Below are positions 1 to 7,884 of a stretch of DNA of 35,289 nt, piece by piece. The stretch's first letter is position 1, and each line of letters begins with the position of its first letter. The position numbers and the translations under genes were made by a program. Origin of the DNA: a virus; the UHGV virus genome UHGV-0114939; one strand, written 5' to 3'. Under the pieces are notes generated by a model. It made no database searches. It worked only from the letters and a program-made list of their open reading frames with translations, and was not told the origin of the DNA.

Positions 1-2
1 GC

Positions 3-191
3 ACACTGGAAAGCATGGTTGCTGGTGGACTGCTTGAGCGGGTGACAGTGTATGAATCGCGTCAGGTACGGCGCGGCGGTGAGACTAACGCAACGGTCGT
101 GCGCTACGGTTTACCCGGTCACTGCGCTGTTATGCGCGATACTGGCGGCGCTGATAACGCAATATCAGGCGAATACATGCGGGTCAGTTAA
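3..191 (+). CDS. hypothetical protein, 3' end only (5' end lies outside the window)
   Basis: Frame open from the window edge to TAA at 189-191 (tail ...VRYGLPGHCAVMRDTGGADNAISGEYMRVS). Absent from the ORF track because it is under 60 codons from its first in-window ATG. Converges on 184..726. Confidence 0.3.
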   Translation, partial: TLESMVAGGLLERVTVYESRQVRRGGETNATVVRYGLPGHCAVMRDTGGADNAISGEYMRVS

Positions 192-726
192 GAGCCTGCA
201 ATCTGTCGTTAATGTTGTTCAGGTCGTAAACCCGGCGTTCAATATCCAGCATCAGGAAATCGTGGATCTCGGCCTGTTCAGGATTATCAGACTCTCTGGC
301 CTGTAAGAGCAATTCATTGTAACCATGCAAACCACCCGAATTTTCCGCCGGGGTAGTGCCCTTCCCGCGCAAACAGCTAACAGGCTGGATACTGGTATCA
401 TGTGTTTGCTTCTCCAGCACAACAAGGCAATCCCACCAGTCGCCAAAGTCATACGTGTAAACCAGCTTGTCACCCTCATTCTGGAGCGCCGCCCATAGTG
501 GCGTGATTGCCGCGTTACCCATGCTTTCATCCTCACCCCATACGCGATACTCGCTACCTGGATCACCTTTACGCCCTTTCTCGAACATATACAGGTGTTC
601 GTCATTCCAGCCAAAAGCTAACTGGATCACGGCATGAAGTTTACTAAAGGGGATTTGCTCTGGAACCAGCACACGCCGCCATATTGGTGGTTTGCTGTCT
701 CGGATGGTTATCTTTATCTGGTACAT
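184..726 (-). CDS. pRiA4b ORF-3-like domain protein (function unknown)
   Basis: ATG at 726. N-terminus MYQIKITIRDSKPPIWRRVLVPEQIPFSKLHAVIQLAFGWNDEHLYMF matches the hallmark of the plasmid pRiA4b ORF-3-like family (recognised from memory, no search run). Confidence 0.65.
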   Translation of the reverse strand: MYQIKITIRDSKPPIWRRVLVPEQIPFSKLHAVIQLAFGWNDEHLYMFEKGRKGDPGSEYRVWGEDESMGNAAITPLWAALQNEGDKLVYTYDFGDWWDCLVVLEKQTHDTSIQPVSCLRGKGTTPAENSGGLHGYNELLLQARESDNPEQAEIHDFLMLDIERRVYDLNNINDRLQALN

Positions 727-769
727 GCGTCGTGAACCAATAGTGTACGTTTAGGTGGGTATTTTTCTG

Positions 770-1204
770 CTACTGACCAGGATAGAGCTGATGTGCCGGG
801 TCAAGCCAGACAATATGGAATACATTACCGATGAAAAATCCATGTATGCGACCATATTCATTGCGCGATATGGCAAATTGATAAGGTGTATAACTCTGAA
901 ACTGTTCATTCAAATGCTGAAATCCCTTAGGTTCAGATGTAGTTTGCCAATCAATCGGATGTGACTTCAACGAACCACCGCGATCGGTGGTGAACTCTCG
1001 TTCAGTCATAGTGGAAAGGTCTTTGAGGCGGTCTAACACCTTGCAAAAATAAACAGGATTCTGAGCGCTGAAAGTAAATTTCTCATGCGCCGCATCGATA
1101 TACCGAAAAGAAAAGTTGATGGTCGTTATGCCTGAACCTGTTCCCCCAGGCACTATTTTTGTTTGCGAGGGTGCAATCTTCGACGCCCTGATTCTTTTCG
1201 CCAT
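770..1204 (-). CDS. hypothetical protein; putative toxin partner of the Panacea-domain gene
   Basis: ATG at 1204 lies 2 nt after the TAA of 1207..1662, with no Shine-Dalgarno, implying translational coupling. C-terminus RIHGFFIGNVFHIVWLDPAHQLYP loosely resembles the terminal beta-strands of RelE/ParE-fold toxins; N-terminus has a Gly-rich stretch (GGTGSG). Confidence 0.55.
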   Translation of the reverse strand: MAKRIRASKIAPSQTKIVPGGTGSGITTINFSFRYIDAAHEKFTFSAQNPVYFCKVLDRLKDLSTMTEREFTTDRGGSLKSHPIDWQTTSEPKGFQHLNEQFQSYTPYQFAISRNEYGRIHGFFIGNVFHIVWLDPAHQLYPGQ

Positions 1205-1206
1205 AT

Positions 1207-1662
1207 TTAGGAAGCCATCGAACGATAAAACTCAGCCGTTACACTTTTATCAATAACATTCTTGCACGGCGCATCTGATGGAACCCCTTCACGGGCCTCC
1301 AGCCACGGCTTTTCTTGGTGCGTCATCTGCTCCAGCTCATAAGCTGTATAACCGCCAAATACCTCATAGATTTCCTTTAGATGCTTTGACACATTCGCAG
1401 GTAACTCAGGGCAGGCAATCTCTTCGTCTATTGAGCGCCATTTGTAATCTGCAAATCTGGTATACAAATCTCTGGCTACAGGGCCATGTACCCATGCTTC
1501 AAACTTGTCAGCAACCAGTTCTTCGCCATCATTCAGCGCCATGAACCAAGCATCAGCATAGAACACCATTTTTTGCAGTTTCAGCGGCGTCATAACATCC
1601 CCATGCTCTTGAGCAAAGCAAAGCAGGTAATCCGCTACGCTGTTAAGGGTTGTAACTGCCAT
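1207..1662 (-). CDS. Panacea (DUF4065) domain protein, antitoxin-like
   Basis: Start moved to the internal ATG at 1662 (Met78 of track ORF 1207..1893), which is preceded by a GGAG RBS. Sequence MAVTTLNSVADYLLCFAQEHGDVMTPLKLQKMVFYADAWFMAL is typical of Panacea/SocA-like antitoxin domains. Confidence 0.65.
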   Translation of the reverse strand: MAVTTLNSVADYLLCFAQEHGDVMTPLKLQKMVFYADAWFMALNDGEELVADKFEAWVHGPVARDLYTRFADYKWRSIDEEIACPELPANVSKHLKEIYEVFGGYTAYELEQMTHQEKPWLEAREGVPSDAPCKNVIDKSVTAEFYRSMAS

Positions 1663-1983
1663 TATCCAATCTCCTGCCGTATGTTTTCGTCTATAACTGT
1701 CCACTACCGTTAATAATCGCATATAACCACGGGTATTGCCCATCGTAAAATGCCATTTAAAGATTCTGCGTGATGGCTCACCATCCACCGCGCAAGATAC
1801 CCGGTGCGTTTGGCTGATAATCCGCAATTTGGTTGAAACCGTCCTGGAAACCTCAAGTTTGGAAACCAGCGACTTGCATCGTAGCTTTGCCATTCGGCGG
1901 TCATAGTTACTGCTATATCCCTTTATTGGCGAGACCTGCGAGAGGTTTTGTTGTTCGAATATATAAAGGTGAATAAAGGTAAT

Positions 1984-2169
1984 CTACCTGCGCGGCGCAG
2001 GCTTCTTCCACTGGTAGGCGGGTGATCGCATCATTTCGCGAAATTTGTCACGCCGGGCTATATTGGCATTAACTGAGCGTTCTATCTCCCGTTGATCTGC
2101 CGGGGTTAGCTGGTGGCCTTCGTGCTCCAGTTTGGCGGTGGTCAATAAAGCTATTTCGCGTGGTGTCAT
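1984..2169 (-). CDS. hypothetical small protein
   Basis: 61-aa ORF with ATG at 2169 and a GAGGG RBS upstream; basic C-terminus; no recognisable family. Confidence 0.45.
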   Translation of the reverse strand: MTPREIALLTTAKLEHEGHQLTPADQREIERSVNANIARRDKFREMMRSPAYQWKKPAPRR

Positions 2170-2396
2170 ACGTCATACCCTCTGGAAGGATGAAACACGC
2201 CCGGATTAAATTTCATTTTTCGCGGGTATAAAAAAACGATGGGGCGGGCAGTCCCGGATAGTCAGGGCTGTAGAGATTTGACTACCCCCTCCCCACTGGA
2301 TTCAGGTTACTGCTATTCCGTTAAGCGCTGCTTACGGGGATAGCTGCGTTGTGATTTTGACCATTCAGGTCGCCGCTATTTCCTCACCGATTGGGT

Positions 2397-2430
2397 GCTA
2401 CGCGCACGCGTACTTGTCCCGAAATACCAG
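2397..2430. promoter_or_regulatory. palindrome-containing repeat motif, copy 1 (GCTACGCGCACGCGTACTTGTCCCGAAATACCAG)
   Basis: Shares core GCTACGCGC(G)CGTACTTGTC..AAATA.CAG with 3789-3820 and 4076-4102. Confidence 0.4.
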
Positions 2431-2466
2431 AAACCGCCAGCCAGAGGATGATTTCCCTCTGGTGGT

Positions 2467-2748
2467 CTACCTTTGCCTCTTGCCGCCATTTAACCGGAAG
2501 GCGTTACCGTTCGGTTGCGCTATCCCCATGCGGTGTTGCGTTTCGGTAACAGCTTTATGCAGGTCGCCAAATTCCTCAACCTTCACGGGCGGGCGCTTCA
2601 CGTTCTCCAGACACGTTTCACGGCGGCGCTTTATCCATTCCCGATCATCGTCCTCGCTGCATAACAGCATGACTTCCATCCATCGTGCGGCAGCTCTCCG
2701 GTATAGCCCTTTTGACTCCAGCTCTTCAGCTTTCCTGTCCCTTATCAT
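2467..2748 (-). CDS. PerC-family transcriptional activator-like protein
   Basis: ATG at 2748 with GAGAGG RBS. N-terminus MIRDRKAEELESKGLYRRAAARWMEVM resembles the conserved PerC/Pch N-terminal signature (from memory). 93 aa. Confidence 0.5.
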   Translation of the reverse strand: MIRDRKAEELESKGLYRRAAARWMEVMLLCSEDDDREWIKRRRETCLENVKRPPVKVEEFGDLHKAVTETQHRMGIAQPNGNAFRLNGGKRQR

Positions 2749-2780
2749 TTCTGCCTCTCAGATTATATAGATAAGCAAAA

Positions 2781-2910
2781 AGGTGTTGGTTCAGTTGGTT
2801 CAGTTGGTTCAATTTGTAAAGATCGTTGTTTTTATTATGTTTTTCCTAAAATATTGAACCAACATCAACTCATTTTGAACCAACACAGCCCAGCTCTGAA
2901 CCAACAACAC
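2781..2910. repeat. iteron cluster 1: 3 tandem GTTGGTTCA (2785-2811) plus 3 TGAACCAAC at 21-bp spacing (2855, 2876, 2897)
   Basis: Direct reading. 2781-2821 is a perfect reverse complement of 11027-11067. Confidence 0.8.
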
Positions 2911-3007
2911 AGCGATAGCTTTGTGATTGGCCCGTTATTTTCTGGCTGATATTTGAGCGTATAACAGTGTTATACAGTGATATACTGTATGGATATTACT
3001 CACTGAT

Positions 3008-3463
3008 ATGGTCTTTGCAATGAGCAAATCTAATCTGGTCGCGTTCCGCATCCCATCTGAATTGCAGGATGAGTTTAATCGGTCTGTTCTCGCTTCTGGA
3101 GGGGATAAAACCTCCTGGCTTGTTGATGCGATTCGCATGAAGCTGGGACAGCCGGAAAAGTCTATTGATTCACGAATGCTTGGGCTCGTGGAGCGCATGG
3201 AAAAAGCTGCTGCGTCGCTTATTGCCGGAAAGCCGAACATCCCACCAAAGCCATATAACGAAACGGCAGTTATAAAGATCATTGCCGATACCATCCGACA
3301 GGGATTTGATAATGGGCGTGTGATAGCTGAACGGATCAATGAAGCAGGCTATCAAACAAAAGCTGGTAAAGCGTGGGATAAAGATATTTACAGCGCGTGG
3401 AAGCGTCAGGGAAGCAATGCTGAAAAGTTAAAAGCGGTGATTGATTGTAAGGTCAGCGTATAA
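3008..3463 (+). CDS. hypothetical protein, possible ribbon-helix-helix DNA-binding N-terminus
   Basis: ATG at 3008 (alternative ATG at 3020). N-terminal SNLVAFRIPSELQDEFNRSV has a beta-strand/helix pattern like RHH regulators. Operator-like palindrome TACAGT-GATAT-ACTGTA at 2973-2989 lies just upstream. Confidence 0.5.
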   Translation: MVFAMSKSNLVAFRIPSELQDEFNRSVLASGGDKTSWLVDAIRMKLGQPEKSIDSRMLGLVERMEKAAASLIAGKPNIPPKPYNETAVIKIIADTIRQGFDNGRVIAERINEAGYQTKAGKAWDKDIYSAWKRQGSNAEKLKAVIDCKVSV

Positions 3464-3542
3464 ACATGAGTGCCCATTGGAAAGCTGCTTGGGCCAATAC
3501 CTTTATACACCAGCAGGTGGTGACGATAGGTGAGGATCAGGA

Positions 3543-3764
3543 ATGAAAGGCAGAACGCCACACATTGAACATCAAGCCAACCACTTCTCGGATGTTCGCA
3601 ATGAGATGATTGCCATTCGCGGTGATATGCACGGCTTGGAGCGTCGAATTATTGATAAGATTGATGAAAATAGAGATAAGGCCAGTGAAAATCAAAAGTG
3701 GATCATCGGCCTGTTGATTTTATCAATTCTTATCCCGCTACTTATCGCATTGGTCACAAAATGA
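3543..3764 (+). CDS. XhlA-like small membrane protein (coiled coil plus C-terminal transmembrane helix)
   Basis: ATG at 3543 with GAGGA RBS. 73 aa ending in hydrophobic WIIGLLILSILIPLLIALV; architecture like phage XhlA/holin-associated proteins. Confidence 0.5.
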   Translation: MKGRTPHIEHQANHFSDVRNEMIAIRGDMHGLERRIIDKIDENRDKASENQKWIIGLLILSILIPLLIALVTK

Positions 3765-3788
3765 ATATCCAATGTGTATGCTGTCGAT

Positions 3789-3820
3789 GCTACGCGCGCG
3801 TACTTGTCGCAAAATATCAG
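3789..3820. promoter_or_regulatory. palindrome-containing repeat motif, copy 2 (contains perfect palindrome TACGCGCGCGTA)
   Basis: GCTACGCGCGCGTACTTGTCGCAAAATATCAG; see copies at 2397 and 4076. Confidence 0.4.
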
Positions 3821-4075
3821 GCAAAGGCCAGATTCAGAACGTCGTGATAACCACCAGCACAACATGAGATGTCATGTAACGCGATTTATCACGTCAGATA
3901 CATGTGATTGGTGTACCCGCATAAAACATTGTCATAGCGCGTCCTGTGCGCATATACGCCGATAATCAACACATCACCACCACTCTGTCTCATGTAGAGA
4001 ACACTTTTATGGTATCCCCCGCCATCGTGTGCGTACTGGTCGGACGCAGTTGCAAAAAATTTTGCAACTGATACC

Positions 4076-4102
4076 CCTCGCGCGCGTACTTGTCTCGAAA
4101 TT
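4076..4102. promoter_or_regulatory. palindrome-containing repeat motif, copy 3
   Basis: CCTCGCGCGCGTACTTGTCTCGAAATT. Partial copies GCGTACTGGTC at 4031-4041 and GCGCGTACTGT at 4162-4172. Near-palindrome CAGTTGC-A6T4-GCAACTG at 4048-4070. Confidence 0.4.
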
Positions 4103-4275
4103 GGTGTTTTGCTGTGGCAGTGATATCAGAAAAATCTTCCTGTTTCACATAAAGCGGATATGCGCGTACTGTAACGGCCCCATCAACTGGGAGCGGATTT
4201 GAGCCCCGAATGTGTAGGCAATGTCACTTAACGTTTGTCGCATACCTTCCAGAAAAAGCGATTCATGAATAATAG

Positions 4276-4300
4276 GGGCATGAATGCCCGGCGTACCGGG
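4276..4300. terminator. putative bidirectional intrinsic terminator (overlapping palindromes GGGCATGAATGCCC and CCCGGCGTACCGGG)
   Basis: GC-rich palindromes immediately 3' of the lipoprotein stop (4309), with T-rich tracts on both strands. Confidence 0.4.
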
Positions 4301-4308
4301 CTTATTAG

Positions 4309-5007
4309 TTAATTTGGTGCTTTAGGGTCAACATTAAAAGTTATATCACCTTCTGTATTTTTCCCGGCATAGCTAGCGGCTATTCTCGCCAACCCTTTGT
4401 AATCAGCAATTCCATCAGACTGTTGCGAGACGACTGAGCTACCAACTTTCCATAACATATTAATCTGCCGATTATTGAGATAAGCCTTGGCATCAAACGA
4501 CTGGAGTATCACCCCTGCGCCGTAGAACGTGTCCGTCACAGTTGTGTTATACGCGCCAGTAATTCCATAAGTAGGCGTATAAACTGTTGTTGCCGTTCCA
4601 GTGGTATTAGCTGTACCGTAGCCACCACCATAACTATTGAACGTGGTGTTCGAGTTTCCGTACGTTGTTGCTGAGCTCACACCAGTTTGCCCGTATATTG
4701 GGATGGTTACATTACGAGTATTTGAAATGGCCCCGCTTCTCAAAAAGTTCAAGAGAATTACCTGGTCAGCCAATTTTTCATCTTTAACTTGTGTATATCC
4801 TTGGCTTGATAAACTGGCGGCTACTACCGTAGCTATTTGAGTGTATTCAATCTGTTTGGTGTTCCAAAGTTCTTGGCTTGCGGGGATGATCAAGAACTTC
4901 TTACCGACAGATTGCCCGGAAGATAAAGCATTGACCGTTACTAACGGTTTTTGTACGCATCCAGCCAATAATGACAGGGATAATATTAAAAGAAGATTTT
5001 TAATCAT
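4309..5007 (-). CDS. lipoprotein (Thr/Gly/Tyr/Asn-rich), function unknown
   Basis: ATG at 5007 with AGGTGAG RBS. Signal peptide with lipobox MIKNLLLILSLSLLAG|C. Mature part rich in TTYGNSNTT / YGGGYG repeats. Confidence 0.75.
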   Translation of the reverse strand: MIKNLLLILSLSLLAGCVQKPLVTVNALSSGQSVGKKFLIIPASQELWNTKQIEYTQIATVVAASLSSQGYTQVKDEKLADQVILLNFLRSGAISNTRNVTIPIYGQTGVSSATTYGNSNTTFNSYGGGYGTANTTGTATTVYTPTYGITGAYNTTVTDTFYGAGVILQSFDAKAYLNNRQINMLWKVGSSVVSQQSDGIADYKGLARIAASYAGKNTEGDITFNVDPKAPN

Positions 5008-5157
5008 GATAATCTCACCTAAGAATTGCGTGGTTATAAATTATCATCACTGTAAGCGAATGTAAGCCACAGGCTCGTAATGTGATATGGAATTTTGATA
5101 GTTGGCTCAATATCAGTATGCCGTCCTTGGCTATTATGGTTTTGTTAGTTAGAGCGT

Positions 5158-7884
5158 CTATTCCCATTCGCTAACATCTTTCATGCCACTGAGGGTAGCT
5201 ACAATCCCGGCCCTTGTCAGTTTCACGAATTCTTCAGCCCCAACGGCATCACGAATTGCTTTCATGGCAATTTTATTGGCCGAAAATCGTTTCTCTGCTG
5301 CGGCGATCGCTGCTGGTGATGCCCCTGCGCGCACTGCTTTTGTAGCTTCCTGAACGGCTTTCTCTATCGCATATCGACCACTTCTTGTCGCCCCAATCTT
5401 AGCCACAGCATTTCTTAGCGCGCCACCAGCAACCAAACCACTAATCGAACCAATTACACCACCGCCAAAGCCTCCAGCGATCGCACCTGACTGTTGAACA
5501 CCGTTCATAATCACGCCGACGATCTTTGGAAGGCCTGAATCGAGCGTTTTGAGAGCCTCAGTTGTTCTTCCCGTGCGCTCTACGTATCGCTGCGGTCTGG
5601 TACTGGCTTTAGCGAGTACACCGAACTCTTTCATCATTCTACCGAGATCTGGCGCATGACGACTGATGGCGTTTACATTCTGCTGGGTCATGAGCTTGGC
5701 AAAATACTGGATACCTGACTCTTCACCGATTCCTCCCTTCTCTCCCTGCGCCACAGCATGCTGAAGAATAGATGCTATTGCAGGTTGGCGTTCTGCTTCC
5801 GGCAGCGCGGAGATAAGACGGTGAAAAGCTCCCGTTCCAGTGTTTGCGGATGCCTTAAGCGTATCGGCACCTTTTCTTACCATAGCGTCTGATGCGAGAT
5901 CTCGACCAAAAACAGATTCGGCATTTTGTTTGGCGATAATGTAACTTTTAGAGAGATCGTTAGCTTTCTGCCATTCTGTGAGGAAGTTTCCTTTTTCAGC
6001 CATGATGCGCATGTCATCAGTGATAGCTCTGCGCATTTCTCCGGCAATCCGGGCGGCATTGGCCTTACCTGCCCGGGTGTTTGCTTGTTCAGCATCAGCA
6101 AACTTAGCACGCCATGCCTTCATCCCGTCGAAGGTTATGCCGCCACCTTGGTTGTTGGCAGCCTGAAACTGTTTCATCTCCGGGCTGAGTGGAACATTGG
6201 CTGCTTTTTCTGCTTGGACGACAGCCATCCCATTACTCATTTTCATCCTTTCGCGTGGCATCGTGCTTCGCAGTTCTGCCCATGCCATATTCTCTGCTGT
6301 TTTCATATCACTGAGGCTCGCGATGATGCGCTCTTTAATTGCTGCGCTTTTTTCTGATGCGCTTCCAGACTCAGCACCGAAATCAGACAACTGCTTATTC
6401 AACTTTGAGGATATTTCATTGAAGGCCGTAAGGTGAGCATCCTGAACATTCCCAGGAGTTGATGCCAGAACACCTTCTGCTTGGGCAATTCCACGACTAC
6501 CTGAGCGCATTCCAGGCGTCAGGGTGTTGATATTAATACCAGTGATTTTCGCCGCCTTAGCGACATCATCTCTGACGTTTGATGCCTGCGATGCGATATG
6601 CTCTCGGCCTACGGCAGAACGCGCTGCTTTCGATACATCATTGGCGGTTTCCAGAGTATTTGCTGCCCCTAACACATGGCCTGATTGATTTGTATTACTC
6701 CGCAATACATCTCGCATTACGTCACTGGCTGTCTGTCCGCTCTTTATTAAAGCGCGTGCTCCTAGCGATCCTGCTAGGCCAATACCTGTCTCTTTTGCTA
6801 GGTCTTCTGGGCTGATCTGCCCGTTCTTTTGGGCGTTCACCAATGTACCTGGCAGGTTTTCTGCCAACATACTAGCCACCTTTGTGGCCGCACGTTCAGC
6901 ACGTGGAGCGTTGGCAACTGAAGAAGCTGCGGTAGCTGCCTTTCCTGCACCTAATCCTGTAATAAGGTAAGGTGCTAGCTGCTCACCAGCCTGCGCGTAT
7001 GGATCTGTAGGTTGGTCTACTGGGCGAAAGACAGGTGATATGGGCGTGTATGTGCCATCACCCACACCAAGCTTCTGAGCTGCCCATGCTCCGGCTGATT
7101 GCGCCGCATTGACTACCCCCACGCCTGCGTCCATTACATCAAACGGTATATTAGCAATCCCTCTGGCCATCTGCTCTGGCGCAGCTTTCAGCCCTGGCGA
7201 AAGATATTCCATCTCAGGATTAAGGTTAGACTTGGCTACTTGCTGCTGCGGTTCCCCGGCATTTTCATCGGCGAGAAACTGAGCTCTTTTCTGCTCCCAT
7301 GAACTGGCTGTTGGTAGTCCTGCTTCTATGTTCTTAAATTGCTGACGTTTTGCTTCCCATGCAGAAATATCTCCCACCTGAGAGATTTCTTTATCAAGCT
7401 CTGAGTAGTCAGGCTGCTGAAGATTGCGATGTTGACTGGTTTGTGCAAACTGCAAGATTTCACTGTCATCAGGGATTATTCCGGCATCTGCAAATTTACT
7501 TACGTAATTAGCCGTTTCATCTGGCAGTGTAGATTTACCGTTTCTGACGGCATTAATACGAGCATAGCCAGAATTATACCCAGCCAATGCCATACCTATA
7601 TCACCAAATCGCTTCATTCCTTTATTGAGATGGTTTGCTGCGATATCCATTTGCTTTTCAAATGGCAGTGAGCGCGGATCTGTTCCACGATAACCAGCAT
7701 CACTCATTACTGAGGGCATCAGTTGAGCAAATCCTCTAGCTCCTTTCGGTGACTCGGCACTTCCGTTACCACTAGATTCATTGCCAACTAATGTTTCCAT
7801 CGTCCCTGATGGGAAACCATATTTTTCATCGAGATGACGGGAATAGGCTTTCTGTTTTTCTGTCAGTTGTGCCATCATTGCCAT
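5158..7884 (-). CDS. phage internal virion / DNA-ejection-like protein with N-terminal lytic transglycosylase (SLT) domain
   Basis: 908 aa. N-terminus has SLT motifs (ETLVGNESSGNG...GFAQLMPS...ALAGYNSGYARI); the rest is Ala/Gln-rich and helical. Start overlaps the upstream gene by 10 nt. Confidence 0.8.
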   Translation of the reverse strand: MAMMAQLTEKQKAYSRHLDEKYGFPSGTMETLVGNESSGNGSAESPKGARGFAQLMPSVMSDAGYRGTDPRSLPFEKQMDIAANHLNKGMKRFGDIGMALAGYNSGYARINAVRNGKSTLPDETANYVSKFADAGIIPDDSEILQFAQTSQHRNLQQPDYSELDKEISQVGDISAWEAKRQQFKNIEAGLPTASSWEQKRAQFLADENAGEPQQQVAKSNLNPEMEYLSPGLKAAPEQMARGIANIPFDVMDAGVGVVNAAQSAGAWAAQKLGVGDGTYTPISPVFRPVDQPTDPYAQAGEQLAPYLITGLGAGKAATAASSVANAPRAERAATKVASMLAENLPGTLVNAQKNGQISPEDLAKETGIGLAGSLGARALIKSGQTASDVMRDVLRSNTNQSGHVLGAANTLETANDVSKAARSAVGREHIASQASNVRDDVAKAAKITGININTLTPGMRSGSRGIAQAEGVLASTPGNVQDAHLTAFNEISSKLNKQLSDFGAESGSASEKSAAIKERIIASLSDMKTAENMAWAELRSTMPRERMKMSNGMAVVQAEKAANVPLSPEMKQFQAANNQGGGITFDGMKAWRAKFADAEQANTRAGKANAARIAGEMRRAITDDMRIMAEKGNFLTEWQKANDLSKSYIIAKQNAESVFGRDLASDAMVRKGADTLKASANTGTGAFHRLISALPEAERQPAIASILQHAVAQGEKGGIGEESGIQYFAKLMTQQNVNAISRHAPDLGRMMKEFGVLAKASTRPQRYVERTGRTTEALKTLDSGLPKIVGVIMNGVQQSGAIAGGFGGGVIGSISGLVAGGALRNAVAKIGATRSGRYAIEKAVQEATKAVRAGASPAAIAAAEKRFSANKIAMKAIRDAVGAEEFVKLTRAGIVATLSGMKDVSEWE

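Noticed and set aside
252-614. 120-aa ORF on the minus strand
   Set aside because: Lies wholly inside 184..726 in another frame; the other frame carries the recognisable pRiA4b ORF-3-like signature.
2351-2770. 139-aa ORF on the plus strand
   Set aside because: Antisense to the PerC-like gene and spans a repeat motif; no RBS; Ser/Arg-rich low-complexity translation.
2781-2910. CRISPR array
   Set aside because: Repeats are 9-bp tandem/phased iterons with irregular short spacers, mirrored at a second site, and no cas genes are nearby.
3774-3965. 63-aa ORF on the plus strand
   Set aside because: Runs through the palindromic repeat motif; Cys/His/Arg-rich translation typical of a non-coding frame.
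5926-7671. Several 60-140-aa ORFs on the plus strand
   Set aside because: All are antisense shadows inside the 908-aa SLT-domain gene.
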